NCBI GenBank assembly: GCA_900540955.1
Contig: UQIF01000001.1
Coordinates: forward strand, 105,439 to 169,438
Direction: 5' to 3'
Source: an uncultured Olsenella sp.
Lineage (GTDB): Bacteria > Actinomycetota > Coriobacteriia > Coriobacteriales > Atopobiaceae
Length of the DNA: 64,000 nucleotides
Part shown: in pieces, positions 1 through 8,288 of the stretch
How positions within the stretch are numbered: position 1 is the first letter of the stretch
How the letters are laid out: every line of letters starts with the position of its first letter
Notes under the pieces: model-generated
Databases searched by the model: none
Told to the model about the DNA's origin: nothing
The model's input: only the letters and a program-made list of their open reading frames with translations
Translations under genes and position numbers: made by a program

Positions 1-444
1 GACACGGTGGCGGCGCTCACCGGGTGGGACGTTCGCTGCGCCCTTCTTTCCCACTCGACGGACGGCTCGATGGACAACGCGCTCGTCGACAAGGTCCGAG
101 CCGCCCGAGACATCGCCAACGAGCGACGCCCCGACCTGAAGATCGACGGCGAGTTCCAGTTCGACGCCGCCGTCCGGGCGGACGTCGCGGCAAAGAAGGT
201 CCACCGAGAGTCCGACGTCGCCGGGCGCGCGAACCTGCTTATCTGGCCCGATATCAACGTTGGCAACATCGGCGTGAAGATCATCCAGAACCTCACCGGC
301 GCCGATGCCTACGGGCCTATGCTCCAGGGCTTCAAGAAGATCGTCTGCGACTGCAGCCGCAGCGCCCCGGTCTCCGAGATCGTGGGCAACGTGGTCATGA
401 GCTGCGTGCGTGCGCAGGCGCTGGCGGGAGAGGGGCAGGCATGA
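1..444 (+). CDS. ptb: phosphate butyryltransferase/phosphotransacetylase family, C-terminal part (5' end outside window)
   Basis: Translation ends ...GPMLQGFKKIVCDCSRSAPVSEIVGNVVMSCVRAQALAG, typical of the Pta/Ptb C-terminal domain. The stop overlaps the buk start (ATGA). No start codon lies within the window. Confidence 0.7.
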   Translation, partial: DTVAALTGWDVRCALLSHSTDGSMDNALVDKVRAARDIANERRPDLKIDGEFQFDAAVRADVAAKKVHRESDVAGRANLLIWPDINVGNIGVKIIQNLTGADAYGPMLQGFKKIVCDCSRSAPVSEIVGNVVMSCVRAQALAGEGQA

Positions 445-1571
445 CGGCCCCAGGCTGTGCGCGCGGCTGGCGCGTGCTCGTGATCAACCCCGGCTCGACC
501 TCCACCAAGGTCGGCCTCTTTGACGGCGAGCGGGCCGTCTTCACCGTGAACGTCGCCCATGAGGCCTCCGAGCTCGCGAAGTTCGCGGGCGTGTCGGACC
601 AGCTCCCGTACCGCGTTGGGCTCATCGAGCAGGCGCTCGCCGAAAACGGCGTGGAGCTCGCGTCGATCGACGCTTTCGTCGGCCGCGGCGGCGGGCTCCT
701 CCCGCTTCCCGGCGGCACCTACGAGGTCGACGACGTGCTTCTTGACCACGCCACGCGCGGGGCCAACGGCGTCCAGCACCCGGCGCAGCTCGGCCCTCAG
801 ATCGCCCACGCCTTCGCGGGGCGCGTCGGGAAGCCCGCGTTCGTCGTGAACCCGCCCGACACCGACGAGCTTTGCGACGAGGCCAGGATGACCGGCGTCC
901 GCGGGGTGTATCGCCACGTGCACCTGCACGCCCTCAACCTCAAGGAGACCGCCATTCGCCACGCCGCCTCCGCCGGGCGCGCCTACGAGGAGTGCCGCTT
1001 CGTGGTCTGCCACATCGGCGGCGGAATCAGCGTGAGCGCCCATGACCGCGGGCGCATGGTCGACGGCGCCGATATCGTGGGCGGCGAGGGCCCGATGGCG
1101 CCCACCCGCTGCGGCGCCCTTCCCGTCGCAGAGGTCCTCGACTACCTCGATGCCGGCCACGCGACTGCCGACGTGCGCAGGATGTGCATGAAGACTGGCG
1201 GCTTCGTCGACCTTCTTGGCACGTCCGACGCGCTCGAGGTGAGCCGTCGCGCCGAGGCGGGGGATGAGGCGTGCAGCCGCGCCTGGGATGCCATGGTTTA
1301 TCAGATCTGCAAGGAGATAGGCGCCATGGCGGCGGCTTTGGGCGGCAAAGTTGACGGCATCCTGCTCGGCGGCGGCATGGTCCACAACAAGGGCCTCGTC
1401 CGCGCGATCGAGGAGCGCTGCGGCTGGATCGCGCCGGTCTTTGCGTACCCCGGCGAGTTCGAGCTCGAGGCCATGGCCGCCGGCGCCCGGCGCGTGCTCG
1501 ACGGCGTGGAGAAGCCCCTGCGCTACAGCGGAAAACCCGTCTTCGAGGGGTTTGCCTGCTTCGAGGATTAG
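441..1571 (+). CDS. buk: butyrate kinase
   Basis: 377 aa starting MTAPGCARGWRVLVINPGSTSTKVGLFDG (acetate/butyrate kinase N-terminal ASKHA motif). Ends ...AYPGEFELEAMAAGARRVL. The start overlaps the ptb stop. Confidence 0.85.
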   Translation: MTAPGCARGWRVLVINPGSTSTKVGLFDGERAVFTVNVAHEASELAKFAGVSDQLPYRVGLIEQALAENGVELASIDAFVGRGGGLLPLPGGTYEVDDVLLDHATRGANGVQHPAQLGPQIAHAFAGRVGKPAFVVNPPDTDELCDEARMTGVRGVYRHVHLHALNLKETAIRHAASAGRAYEECRFVVCHIGGGISVSAHDRGRMVDGADIVGGEGPMAPTRCGALPVAEVLDYLDAGHATADVRRMCMKTGGFVDLLGTSDALEVSRRAEAGDEACSRAWDAMVYQICKEIGAMAAALGGKVDGILLGGGMVHNKGLVRAIEERCGWIAPVFAYPGEFELEAMAAGARRVLDGVEKPLRYSGKPVFEGFACFED

Positions 1572-1621
1572 CCAGACGCACCGCATCGCGGGCAGGCCCA
1601 ATCGGGCCTGCCCGCGATGCC

Positions 1622-2515
1622 TTAATCCTCCACTCGGAGGAACTCGTCCAGGAATATGTCGAGAATCTCGTTTTTCCTCGAGGGGAGCCACGCGGCGCAG
1701 ACCCTCATCTCGCGTTCCTTTCCTCGGATGGGGACCGCGACGACGCGCTCCGAACCGGACATCGCGTCCGTGAAGTAACCGGGTAGCAGCGCATATCCCA
1801 TCCCGGCCGCGACGGCAAGGATGCTTGTCGCCACATCGTTCGAGACGTAGGCGACGGGCGTGCGTCCGGCTTCCGCGAGGTTGGCTTGGATCGCGGCGCC
1901 CTCGCCGTAGGACTGAGCGCCCTTCTTGATGTCTACGAGGGGCTCCCCATCGAGGTCCGACATCTCGATGGAGGTGCGCAGCGCCAGTGGGTGCGACACC
2001 GGCAGTACCGCCTTCAGGGGATAGTGCCTCAATAGCTGGAACTCGATGCCGTCCATGGAGTCGGGGTCGTAAAGGAGGTTGATTGCCAGATCTATTCGCT
2101 CGTCTCGCAGTGCCTCGTACAGCTCGCTCACGTTCTCGCGCATGAGGGAGAGGCGGACGCTCGGGTAGCTCCCGTGGAACTCCGAGAGCATGTCGGGAAG
2201 GTCGGTGCGCTCGTAGCCCTTCACGTAGCCGATCCCGAGCTCGCCCTCAGGGCCGCTTCCCGCCAGCGTAGCGCGCTTCTTCGCGTCGTCGAGGCGCGTG
2301 AGGACGTCGCGGGAGTCCTCGAGGAACGTCCGTCCCGCCGAGGTGAGCGAGACGCTGTGGTTGTCCCTGTTCAACAGTCGGCACCCCAGCTCGTGCTCCA
2401 AGGACTTGAGCTGCTGCGAGATTGCTGACTGCGACACATAGAGGCGGGCTGCGGCGCGCCTGAAGCTCTGGAGCTCAGCGATGGCGATGAAGTACTCGAG
2501 TTGCCTCGTGTTCAT
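1622..2515 (-). CDS. LysR-family transcriptional regulator
   Basis: N-terminal MNTRQLEYFIAIAELQSFRRAAARLYVSQSAISQQLKSLE wHTH plus a LysR substrate-binding domain. It is divergent from the membrane/reductase genes. Confidence 0.85.
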   Translation of the reverse strand: MNTRQLEYFIAIAELQSFRRAAARLYVSQSAISQQLKSLEHELGCRLLNRDNHSVSLTSAGRTFLEDSRDVLTRLDDAKKRATLAGSGPEGELGIGYVKGYERTDLPDMLSEFHGSYPSVRLSLMRENVSELYEALRDERIDLAINLLYDPDSMDGIEFQLLRHYPLKAVLPVSHPLALRTSIEMSDLDGEPLVDIKKGAQSYGEGAAIQANLAEAGRTPVAYVSNDVATSILAVAAGMGYALLPGYFTDAMSGSERVVAVPIRGKEREMRVCAAWLPSRKNEILDIFLDEFLRVED

Positions 2516-2658
2516 TTCCTATGCTCCTCATTGTGATAAGTAAAACTAATTGGATGCGCAATTTTACCTCAGAATTACTGCTATTGCGGCTATATACGAT
2601 TAGCTCATCAGATCGTCGCGCACTTTTTTGCGTGACAGATGACTAACAGGAGGCCACA

Positions 2659-3219
2659 ATGTCAGATCGGAACAAGATCAAGCTCGTCCAGGCGCTTTCC
2701 GGCGCCGTCGTCCTCACGATCCTTATGCAGGGGATGACCCTGCTCGGGATGCCCCAGTACATCTGGATGCTCTTCTTGCCGCTGCTCATGTTCTTTGCCC
2801 TGGGCGCCGACTTCAAGAAGATTCCCTCCATGCTCATCGGCTACGCCGTGGGCGAACTGTGGTGCGTCGTGAACTCGCTCGTCTCGGGTGCGTTCGCCGC
2901 GGCGTTCGGCGACAACCCGGTGCTCTCTCAGCTCATCCCCACGATTCTCGTCATTTTTTGCATCCTCACCGTTCACGAGAATATCTTCGAGGGCGCGGTC
3001 TTCTCGAACATTCCATGCATCTTCATGGGCATGGCGACCTCGTTCATGATGATCTTCTTCCAGCTTCCCATCACCTACCTGCACCTTTTTGGGTTCTGGT
3101 GCTACGGAACCGTCCTTGCCGCGTGCCTCGTCCTCGGCGGCATGGGCATGTGCTCGGCCATCTTCGGCAAGGAGCGAGCCGCGAAGGCGCTCATGCCCAA
3201 GGACGCTCAGAGCGATTAG
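2659..3219 (+). CDS. small polytopic membrane protein (5-6 TM), unknown function; possible substrate-uptake component for the downstream reductase
   Basis: 186 aa, highly hydrophobic with multiple predicted TM helices. RBS AGGAGG upstream. Divergent from the LysR gene in an AT-rich promoter region. Confidence 0.55.
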   Translation: MSDRNKIKLVQALSGAVVLTILMQGMTLLGMPQYIWMLFLPLLMFFALGADFKKIPSMLIGYAVGELWCVVNSLVSGAFAAAFGDNPVLSQLIPTILVIFCILTVHENIFEGAVFSNIPCIFMGMATSFMMIFFQLPITYLHLFGFWCYGTVLAACLVLGGMGMCSAIFGKERAAKALMPKDAQSD

Positions 3220-3241
3220 CGCCAGGCCAGGAGGAGTAATC

Positions 3242-5365
3242 ATGGAAAATGAAAAAAAGAAGTTCCAGAACAAAGTCTGCGCCACCGTCGAGGAAGCGCG
3301 CGCCGCTTACGAGGGCCTGCCGGGCGCGGCGAAGTACCCTCATGTGTTCGACCCCCTAGAGGTCCGCGGCAACGTCTTCCGCAACCGACTCATCGCGGCG
3401 CCCACGATGTTCTTCCATGCACCCTACTTCATCGAGCCCATTCGCGAGAACATCTACCGCATGGTCCAGGAGCGAGCCGAGGGTGGCTTTGGCTGCGTCG
3501 CGACCGGCGAGTTGCCGCTTAACTTCGAGGAGGGAAGAGGCGCGTTCATGGATCGCGCCATCGACTTCCGCCACTTCTACGGCTCGGATTTCGACGCGGC
3601 GAAGGAGTACGCCGACCGCATCCACGCAGGCGGGGCGCTCGCGTACATGGAGATCTCCCATGAGGGGCTCGAGGCGGACGACGCGGCGGAGCCCTGGGGC
3701 CCGTGCGACTTCGTCCGGCAGGAGGACGGGCGTCACGTGTTCGGCATGGACCGTCAGATGATGGAGAAGGTCTGCCGCGATTTTCTCGACATGGGTCGCT
3801 TTGCCACGGCCTGCGGATTCGACGGCGTGTTGCTTCACGGTGGACACGGGTTCCTGCTCCAGCAGTTCGTGTCGCCGCTGTTCAACAAACGCACGGACGA
3901 GTTCGGGGGCAGCGTCGAGAACCGCTCGCGTTTCCCCAAGATGTGCCTGCGCGCGCTGCGTGCCGGCATGGGGGAGGACAAGGTCCTCGAGCTCCGCATG
4001 AGCGCTGAGGACGGCGAGGAAGGGGGCATGACCCTCGAGGACTCCTGCGGCTTCGCCGAGCAGATCGACGGCATCGTGGACATCTTCCACGTGTCGAACG
4101 GCATCAAGAAGTACGGCAACGGCGGCGATACGTTCAGCGACATCTTCGACGTGCACGGCGTGAACCTCGAGCGCGCCGCGGCCATCAAGTCACATCTCAA
4201 GAAGAGTCTTGTCGCCGTGGTGGGCGGGTTCAACAGCGTCACTCAGGCAGAGGACGCCATCGCCGCGGGGAAGTGCGACTTCGTCGAGTATGCCCGCCAG
4301 TGCTTCGCCGACCCGCACTTCATCGAGAAGACCCTCCAGGGCCGCGAGGACATATGTCACCGTTGCCTGCGCTGCTTCCACTGCTACCCCGGCTTCTGCG
4401 AGCACCCCACCGACATCCCCCTGTGGTATCAGCTGCCACCCGAGGAGTTCATGAAGATCTACAGCCCCGCCGCCATGGGCGACTGCTCCGTGAACCCGAA
4501 CTCCGGCTTCGGCTACTATCCCGATAAGCTGCCCGCCCCGCAGGCGAGCCGCCGCGTGCTCGTCGTGGGAGGTGGCGTTGGCGGCATGCAGGCGGCCATC
4601 ACGGCCGCGCGTCGAGGCCACAAGGTAACCCTCGCGGAGGCGTCCGATCGGCTGGGCGGCGTGCTTCTCTTTGCGGAGCACGACCACGACAAGCGCGAGT
4701 GGATCGACTTCGTTGAGGTGCTCAAGCGAGAGCTCGCCGAGTCCGGTGCCGAGGTCGAGCTTGGCCGGCGCGTCGACGCCGCCTACATCGAGCGGATGCG
4801 GCCCGAGCACGTGATTATCGCGACCGGGGCAAAGAACGCACCCTGCCCGCTGCCCGGTTCCGACCTCGCCATGAACGCCGCCGACTCTTATTACCACCTC
4901 GACGAGCTCGGCCATTCCATCGTCATCGCTGGCGGCGGGCTCACGGCCTGCGAGACCGCGCTCAACCTCGCCGCGCTCGGCCATGAGGTCACCGTTGTGG
5001 CGCGCAAGGCGCGCATCACGCCGTCGACGTTCGGCTACTATCGCAATGCCCTTCTCTCCGAGATGGACAAGCGTGGCGTCAAGCAGGCGCTTCTCACCTG
5101 CCCCATCGAGTTCACCGAAGACGGCCTCGTGTGCGAGAAGAGCATCGACGAAAAGGGAACGCCCGGCGGAGAGCGCGTCGTGATTTCCGGCGATTCGTAC
5201 CTGTATTCCTTTGGCATGGTGCCTGCCGAGGAGGTCTCTGAGCCGCTTAAGGCTGCGGCCGAGAAGGTCGGCGCTCAGGTGGCCGTTATCGGCAACGCCC
5301 GGAGCGCTGGCATCGTGCGCGACGCCGTTCACGGCGGAAACGACGCTGCGATGGCCATACTCTAG
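3242..5365 (+). CDS. multidomain flavoprotein: OYE-like FMN oxidoreductase + 4Fe-4S Cys cluster + FAD/NAD(P)-binding domain (2-enoate reductase / 2,4-dienoyl-CoA reductase family)
   Basis: Start MENEKKKF with RBS AGGAGGAG. N-terminal Old-Yellow-Enzyme-like fold. Cys cluster CHRCLRCFHCYPGFCEHP. C-terminal Rossmann motif VLVVGGGVGGMQAAITAARRGHKVTLAE and a second GG-rich dinucleotide site (IVIAGGGLTACE). Confidence 0.8.
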   Translation: MENEKKKFQNKVCATVEEARAAYEGLPGAAKYPHVFDPLEVRGNVFRNRLIAAPTMFFHAPYFIEPIRENIYRMVQERAEGGFGCVATGELPLNFEEGRGAFMDRAIDFRHFYGSDFDAAKEYADRIHAGGALAYMEISHEGLEADDAAEPWGPCDFVRQEDGRHVFGMDRQMMEKVCRDFLDMGRFATACGFDGVLLHGGHGFLLQQFVSPLFNKRTDEFGGSVENRSRFPKMCLRALRAGMGEDKVLELRMSAEDGEEGGMTLEDSCGFAEQIDGIVDIFHVSNGIKKYGNGGDTFSDIFDVHGVNLERAAAIKSHLKKSLVAVVGGFNSVTQAEDAIAAGKCDFVEYARQCFADPHFIEKTLQGREDICHRCLRCFHCYPGFCEHPTDIPLWYQLPPEEFMKIYSPAAMGDCSVNPNSGFGYYPDKLPAPQASRRVLVVGGGVGGMQAAITAARRGHKVTLAEASDRLGGVLLFAEHDHDKREWIDFVEVLKRELAESGAEVELGRRVDAAYIERMRPEHVIIATGAKNAPCPLPGSDLAMNAADSYYHLDELGHSIVIAGGGLTACETALNLAALGHEVTVVARKARITPSTFGYYRNALLSEMDKRGVKQALLTCPIEFTEDGLVCEKSIDEKGTPGGERVVISGDSYLYSFGMVPAEEVSEPLKAAAEKVGAQVAVIGNARSAGIVRDAVHGGNDAAMAIL

Positions 5366-5397
5366 CGTTTCCCTCGGCGCGATTGGGCGACGAGGCG

Positions 5398-5453
5398 GGA
5401 CCCGGCCCCCGTGGCTATGTCCGATGCGGGGAGCCGGGCCCTTCTTCCTTCTC
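5398..5453 (+). terminator. GC-rich hairpin followed by T-rich tract downstream of the reductase gene
   Basis: gggacccggccccc...ggggagccgggccc inverted repeat followed by ttcttccttctc. Confidence 0.35.
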
Positions 5454-5461
5454 AAGGTTCC

Positions 5462-5483
5462 GTTTGTGTGCAATCACACAAAC
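5462..5483. promoter_or_regulatory. perfect palindrome GTTTGTGTG-caat-CACACAAAC (candidate regulator binding site)
   Basis: 9-bp perfect inverted repeat with a 4-nt spacer. A second palindrome GGGACCttGGTCCC lies at ~5517-5530. Both sit upstream of the hypothetical ORF at 5587. Confidence 0.35.
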
Positions 5484-5586
5484 GCGCTTCCGCTCAGAGG
5501 GCGTTTATTGAGGTCTGGGACCTTGGTCCCGCGCGTGCGGGGCTCTACGATTTTATTAGTAAATACTCGCCGAGAAAGGCCGTCGC

Positions 5587-5985
5587 ATGTGCGAATGGAA
5601 CCGAAACCTTATCATCCAGGACATTGTCTTGGCCATCGTCATAAACACGTCGGCGACGCTTCTGGGCGGCGACCCGTTCGACCACACGTGGTACATCTTT
5701 ACCTGCGTGGCGCTCGCGACGAACGTGCTCGGGCAGCTCCTCTTGCCGACCGGCTCCTGGGCATGCGCCCTCACCGACTGGGCGGGGGATGCGAAATGGC
5801 GCGTCTACGTCCAGATCTTCATCGAGAACCTCATCTTCGTTACTATAATCAGCTTCACGGAGGCTTGGGTGCACACTGGGGGCATCGCCGTCGTCGCGGC
5901 CTGGCTTTCCACGTACGTGCAGCTCGTCCTCGTGGGCTACGTGACGTCGGTCGTGCTCTACCACGCGTTGCGCCCCTGCGCCTAG
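5587..5985 (+). CDS. hypothetical small membrane protein
   Basis: 132 aa ORF with about 4 hydrophobic segments. No recognisable family; coding status uncertain. Confidence 0.35.
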   Translation: MCEWNRNLIIQDIVLAIVINTSATLLGGDPFDHTWYIFTCVALATNVLGQLLLPTGSWACALTDWAGDAKWRVYVQIFIENLIFVTIISFTEAWVHTGGIAVVAAWLSTYVQLVLVGYVTSVVLYHALRPCA

Positions 5986-6063
5986 CCGTGTCGCTTAGGT
6001 GCGCGCCTGGTCGCGTCGCCTTAGCAACAAGAAACATGCCGAGGGCGCGCACCTCTCAACATA

Positions 6064-6250
6064 TTGCAGCTAAGAAAACGCTGGTTCCAGCCGGTGGCGG
6101 CTTACTCTTGCTCAGAAAGCTCAAGTTCCAGCTGTAAAAAAGCGCCAAATGCTAAGAATCCCGGGGTTCCAGCCTGTTAAACCGACTGGAACCCCGGGAT
6201 TCTTAGCGGCTTGCAAGCTGGCCGGGGCTGGAACTTGAGGTTTCTGAGCA
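6064..6250. repeat. nested inverted/direct repeat cluster (GCTAAGAA-N5-GGTTCCAGCC motif; 22-bp perfect IR inside a ~22-bp outer IR)
   Basis: Inner IR gctaagaatcccggggttccag (6151-6172) / ctggaaccccgggattcttagc (6186-6207). Outer IR ctcagaaagctcaagttccagc (6111-6132) / gctggaacttgaggtttctgag (6228-6249). A degenerate direct copy gctaagaaaacgctggttccagcc lies at 6069-6092. The GTTCCAG/CTGGAAC motif occurs 5 times. Palindrome GCTTGCAAGC at 6210-6219. Confidence 0.6.
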
Positions 6251-6305
6251 TGCCGCGGACGCCGGCTTGTGTCCGCACGGCGGCCGCGTTGATGCATCCC
6301 GCCCG

Positions 6306-7013
6306 CTACAGCTCGTCGCAGAAGCTCACGAAGTCGAGCATGTCGATCGAGTCGATGAAGGCCTGCTTGCGGCCCATGTGCTCGAGCTTGACCGTCACGG
6401 TGACCGCGCAGCCGCGGCTGCCGGCGCTGTCTTTGGTGATGGCGAAGTCCGAGCACTCGCAGTCCCACGAGTGGAGCTTCTTTAGGAGCTCCTTGATGCC
6501 CGAGCGGTCCTCGAGCTCGATGTAGAGGTCGAAGATTCGCGAGTTCTTGCGCAGCCAGTCGTCGAGCTTGCTCAAGGCCACGAACGTGACCACGACGAAG
6601 ACCATGGCCACGAGCGCCGCCTCGACAAATCCGATTCCCACGGCAAGCCCGATGCAGGCGCAGGCCCACAGGCCGGCGGCGGTCGTGAGGCCGCGCACCT
6701 CGTTGCGGCGGGTCACGATGATCGTGCCCACCCCGAGAAAACCGACGCCCGAGACTACCTGCGAGCCGATGCGGTTGACGTCTGCGTTGAACTCGGGGTA
6801 GGTCACGGCCACGTACTGCGAGACGATCATGGTCATGGCGGAGCCGAGGCACACGAGGACGTGCGTCTTTATGCCGGCGCCTTTGTTGCGGTACTCGCGG
6901 TCGAGCCCGATGACGGTGCCGACCATCGTCGCGAGCAGAAGGCGCAGCAGAATCGCCTCGCCGCTCCAGGCGGCCGCGGCGGAAAACACCCCGTGGAGCC
7001 ATTCCGTTATCAT
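6306..7013 (-). CDS. mgtC: MgtC/SapB family membrane protein
   Basis: 235 aa from MITEWLHGVFSAAAAW... with MgtC-type TM region (LDREYRNKGAGIKTHVLVCLGSA) and a C-terminal ACT-like domain. The long Arg-rich N-terminal extension in the ORF track was rejected. Confidence 0.8.
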   Translation of the reverse strand: MITEWLHGVFSAAAAWSGEAILLRLLLATMVGTVIGLDREYRNKGAGIKTHVLVCLGSAMTMIVSQYVAVTYPEFNADVNRIGSQVVSGVGFLGVGTIIVTRRNEVRGLTTAAGLWACACIGLAVGIGFVEAALVAMVFVVVTFVALSKLDDWLRKNSRIFDLYIELEDRSGIKELLKKLHSWDCECSDFAITKDSAGSRGCAVTVTVKLEHMGRKQAFIDSIDMLDFVSFCDEL

Positions 7014-7057
7014 GCGCCGGCCTCCGCTCGACCCTTGATGCCTTCTGTATCCCGCCG

Positions 7058-8137
7058 CTACTCGTCGCCGAAGCTGATGCCGAGCAGCTTGGCCTCGCGG
7101 ACGAGGTCGCACTCGGGGTCGACGTACTTGAGCTTGCCCGCCACCTCCTCGAGCGGGACGCGGCGCATCTGGTCGTCGACCTTGGCGATCATGACGCCGT
7201 ATGCGCCCTCCAGGCAGGCGCGCGCCGCCTCGACGCCGCACTGCGTGGCGAAGATTCGGTCCTGGGCGTCGGGCTGCCCGCCGCGCTGGGTATGGCCGGG
7301 CACCGCCACGCGGATCTCGCGGCCGGTGCGGGAGGCGATCTCCTCGGCGATGTCGTAGGCGACCGATGGCTTCACGCGGGCGGCGACCTTTGCCTTGTAG
7401 TCCTTCTTCTTCATCGCCGCCTCCTCGCGGGAGATGGCGCCCTCTGCCACGACCACGATCGCAAAGCGGCCGCCGTCCTTCTCTCGCTTCTCGATGGCGT
7501 TCACGACGTTGTCCATGTCGTAGGGGATCTCGGGGATGAGGATGACGTCCGCGCCGCCGGCGACGCCCGCGTACAGCGGGATCCAACCGACCTTGTGGCC
7601 CATGATCTCGATGACGAAGACGCGGCCGTGCGAGCTCGCCGTCGTGTGGATGTCGTCGATGCAGCGGGTGGCGACGTCGATGGCCGAGGTGAAGCCGAAG
7701 GTCATGTCGGTGCCGTAGGTGTCGTTGTCGATGGTCTTGGGCAGGGCGATGACGTTCAGCCCCTCCTCGCGCAGGCGGTTTGCGGTCTTGGTCGAGCCGT
7801 TGCCGCCGAGCATAAAGAGGCAGTCGAGCTTGAGCTTCTTGTACGTGGCGACCATCGCCGGGACCTTCTTGACGCCGTCGGCCTCGGGCGTGTCGAGCAG
7901 CTTGAACGGCGTGCGCGAGGTGCCCAGGATGGTGCCGCCCTTGGTGAGGATGCCCGAGAAGTCGCCCCAGCTCATCTTGCGGTAGCGGCCGTAGATCATG
8001 CCCTGGTAGCCGTCCTCGAAGCCGTAGATCTCGACCTTCTCCTTGGAGTTATTGAGCACGGTCTTGACGATGCCGCGCATGGTCGCGTTGAGCGCCTGGC
8101 AGTCGCCGCCGGAGGTGAGCAGGCCGATTCGAAGCAT
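7058..8137 (-). CDS. pfkA: ATP-dependent 6-phosphofructokinase
   Basis: Start MLRIGLLTSGGDCQALNA with RBS GAGAGGAG. Motifs GGNGS, IPKTIDND, MGHKVG and PGHTQRGG. The longer ORF (to 8221) reads through the element's inverted repeat and was rejected. Confidence 0.9.
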   Translation of the reverse strand: MLRIGLLTSGGDCQALNATMRGIVKTVLNNSKEKVEIYGFEDGYQGMIYGRYRKMSWGDFSGILTKGGTILGTSRTPFKLLDTPEADGVKKVPAMVATYKKLKLDCLFMLGGNGSTKTANRLREEGLNVIALPKTIDNDTYGTDMTFGFTSAIDVATRCIDDIHTTASSHGRVFVIEIMGHKVGWIPLYAGVAGGADVILIPEIPYDMDNVVNAIEKREKDGGRFAIVVVAEGAISREEAAMKKKDYKAKVAARVKPSVAYDIAEEIASRTGREIRVAVPGHTQRGGQPDAQDRIFATQCGVEAARACLEGAYGVMIAKVDDQMRRVPLEEVAGKLKYVDPECDLVREAKLLGISFGDE

Positions 8138-8152
8138 GGTGGCTCCTCTCGT

Positions 8153-8185
8153 TTTGGGACAAAAGGGACGGGGGATTTTGTCCCA
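8153..8185. repeat. left terminal hairpin/inverted repeat of RAYT element
   Basis: 33-nt palindromic repeat that is the reverse complement of the 9038-9070 copy. Confidence 0.75.
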
Positions 8186-8288
8186 TTTTTTGGTTTTAAT
8201 CCGCAGTTTAGAGTAATCCAAAACAGGCCGTATAGAGGCGTCGCGCGACGGGTAAAGTGCCGCCTACAATCGGCGAGAGGGGGAGGGC

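Noticed and set aside
24-1571. 515-aa ORF in an alternative frame spanning ptb/buk, and a 460-aa antisense ORF at 309-1691.
   Set aside because: Arg/Pro/Gly-rich low-complexity translations typical of off-frame reading in high-GC DNA. The in-frame buk (441-1571) has clear kinase motifs.
6306-7586. Long N-terminal extension of the MgtC ORF (MDPAVRGRRRRRG...) and the overlapping 6121-7002 ORF.
   Set aside because: Arg-rich junk that overlaps pfkA on the opposite strand. The conserved MgtC sequence begins at MITEWLHG (7013).
8138-8221. Longer pfkA start (MDYSKLRIKTKKWDKIPRPFCPKTRGAT...).
   Set aside because: The extension reads through the 33-bp terminal hairpin of the RAYT element. The same peptide WDKIPRPFCPK appears in another ORF crossing the other repeat copy, so it is an artefact of the palindrome. 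The conserved PfkA N-terminus MLRIGLLTSGGD has a good RBS.
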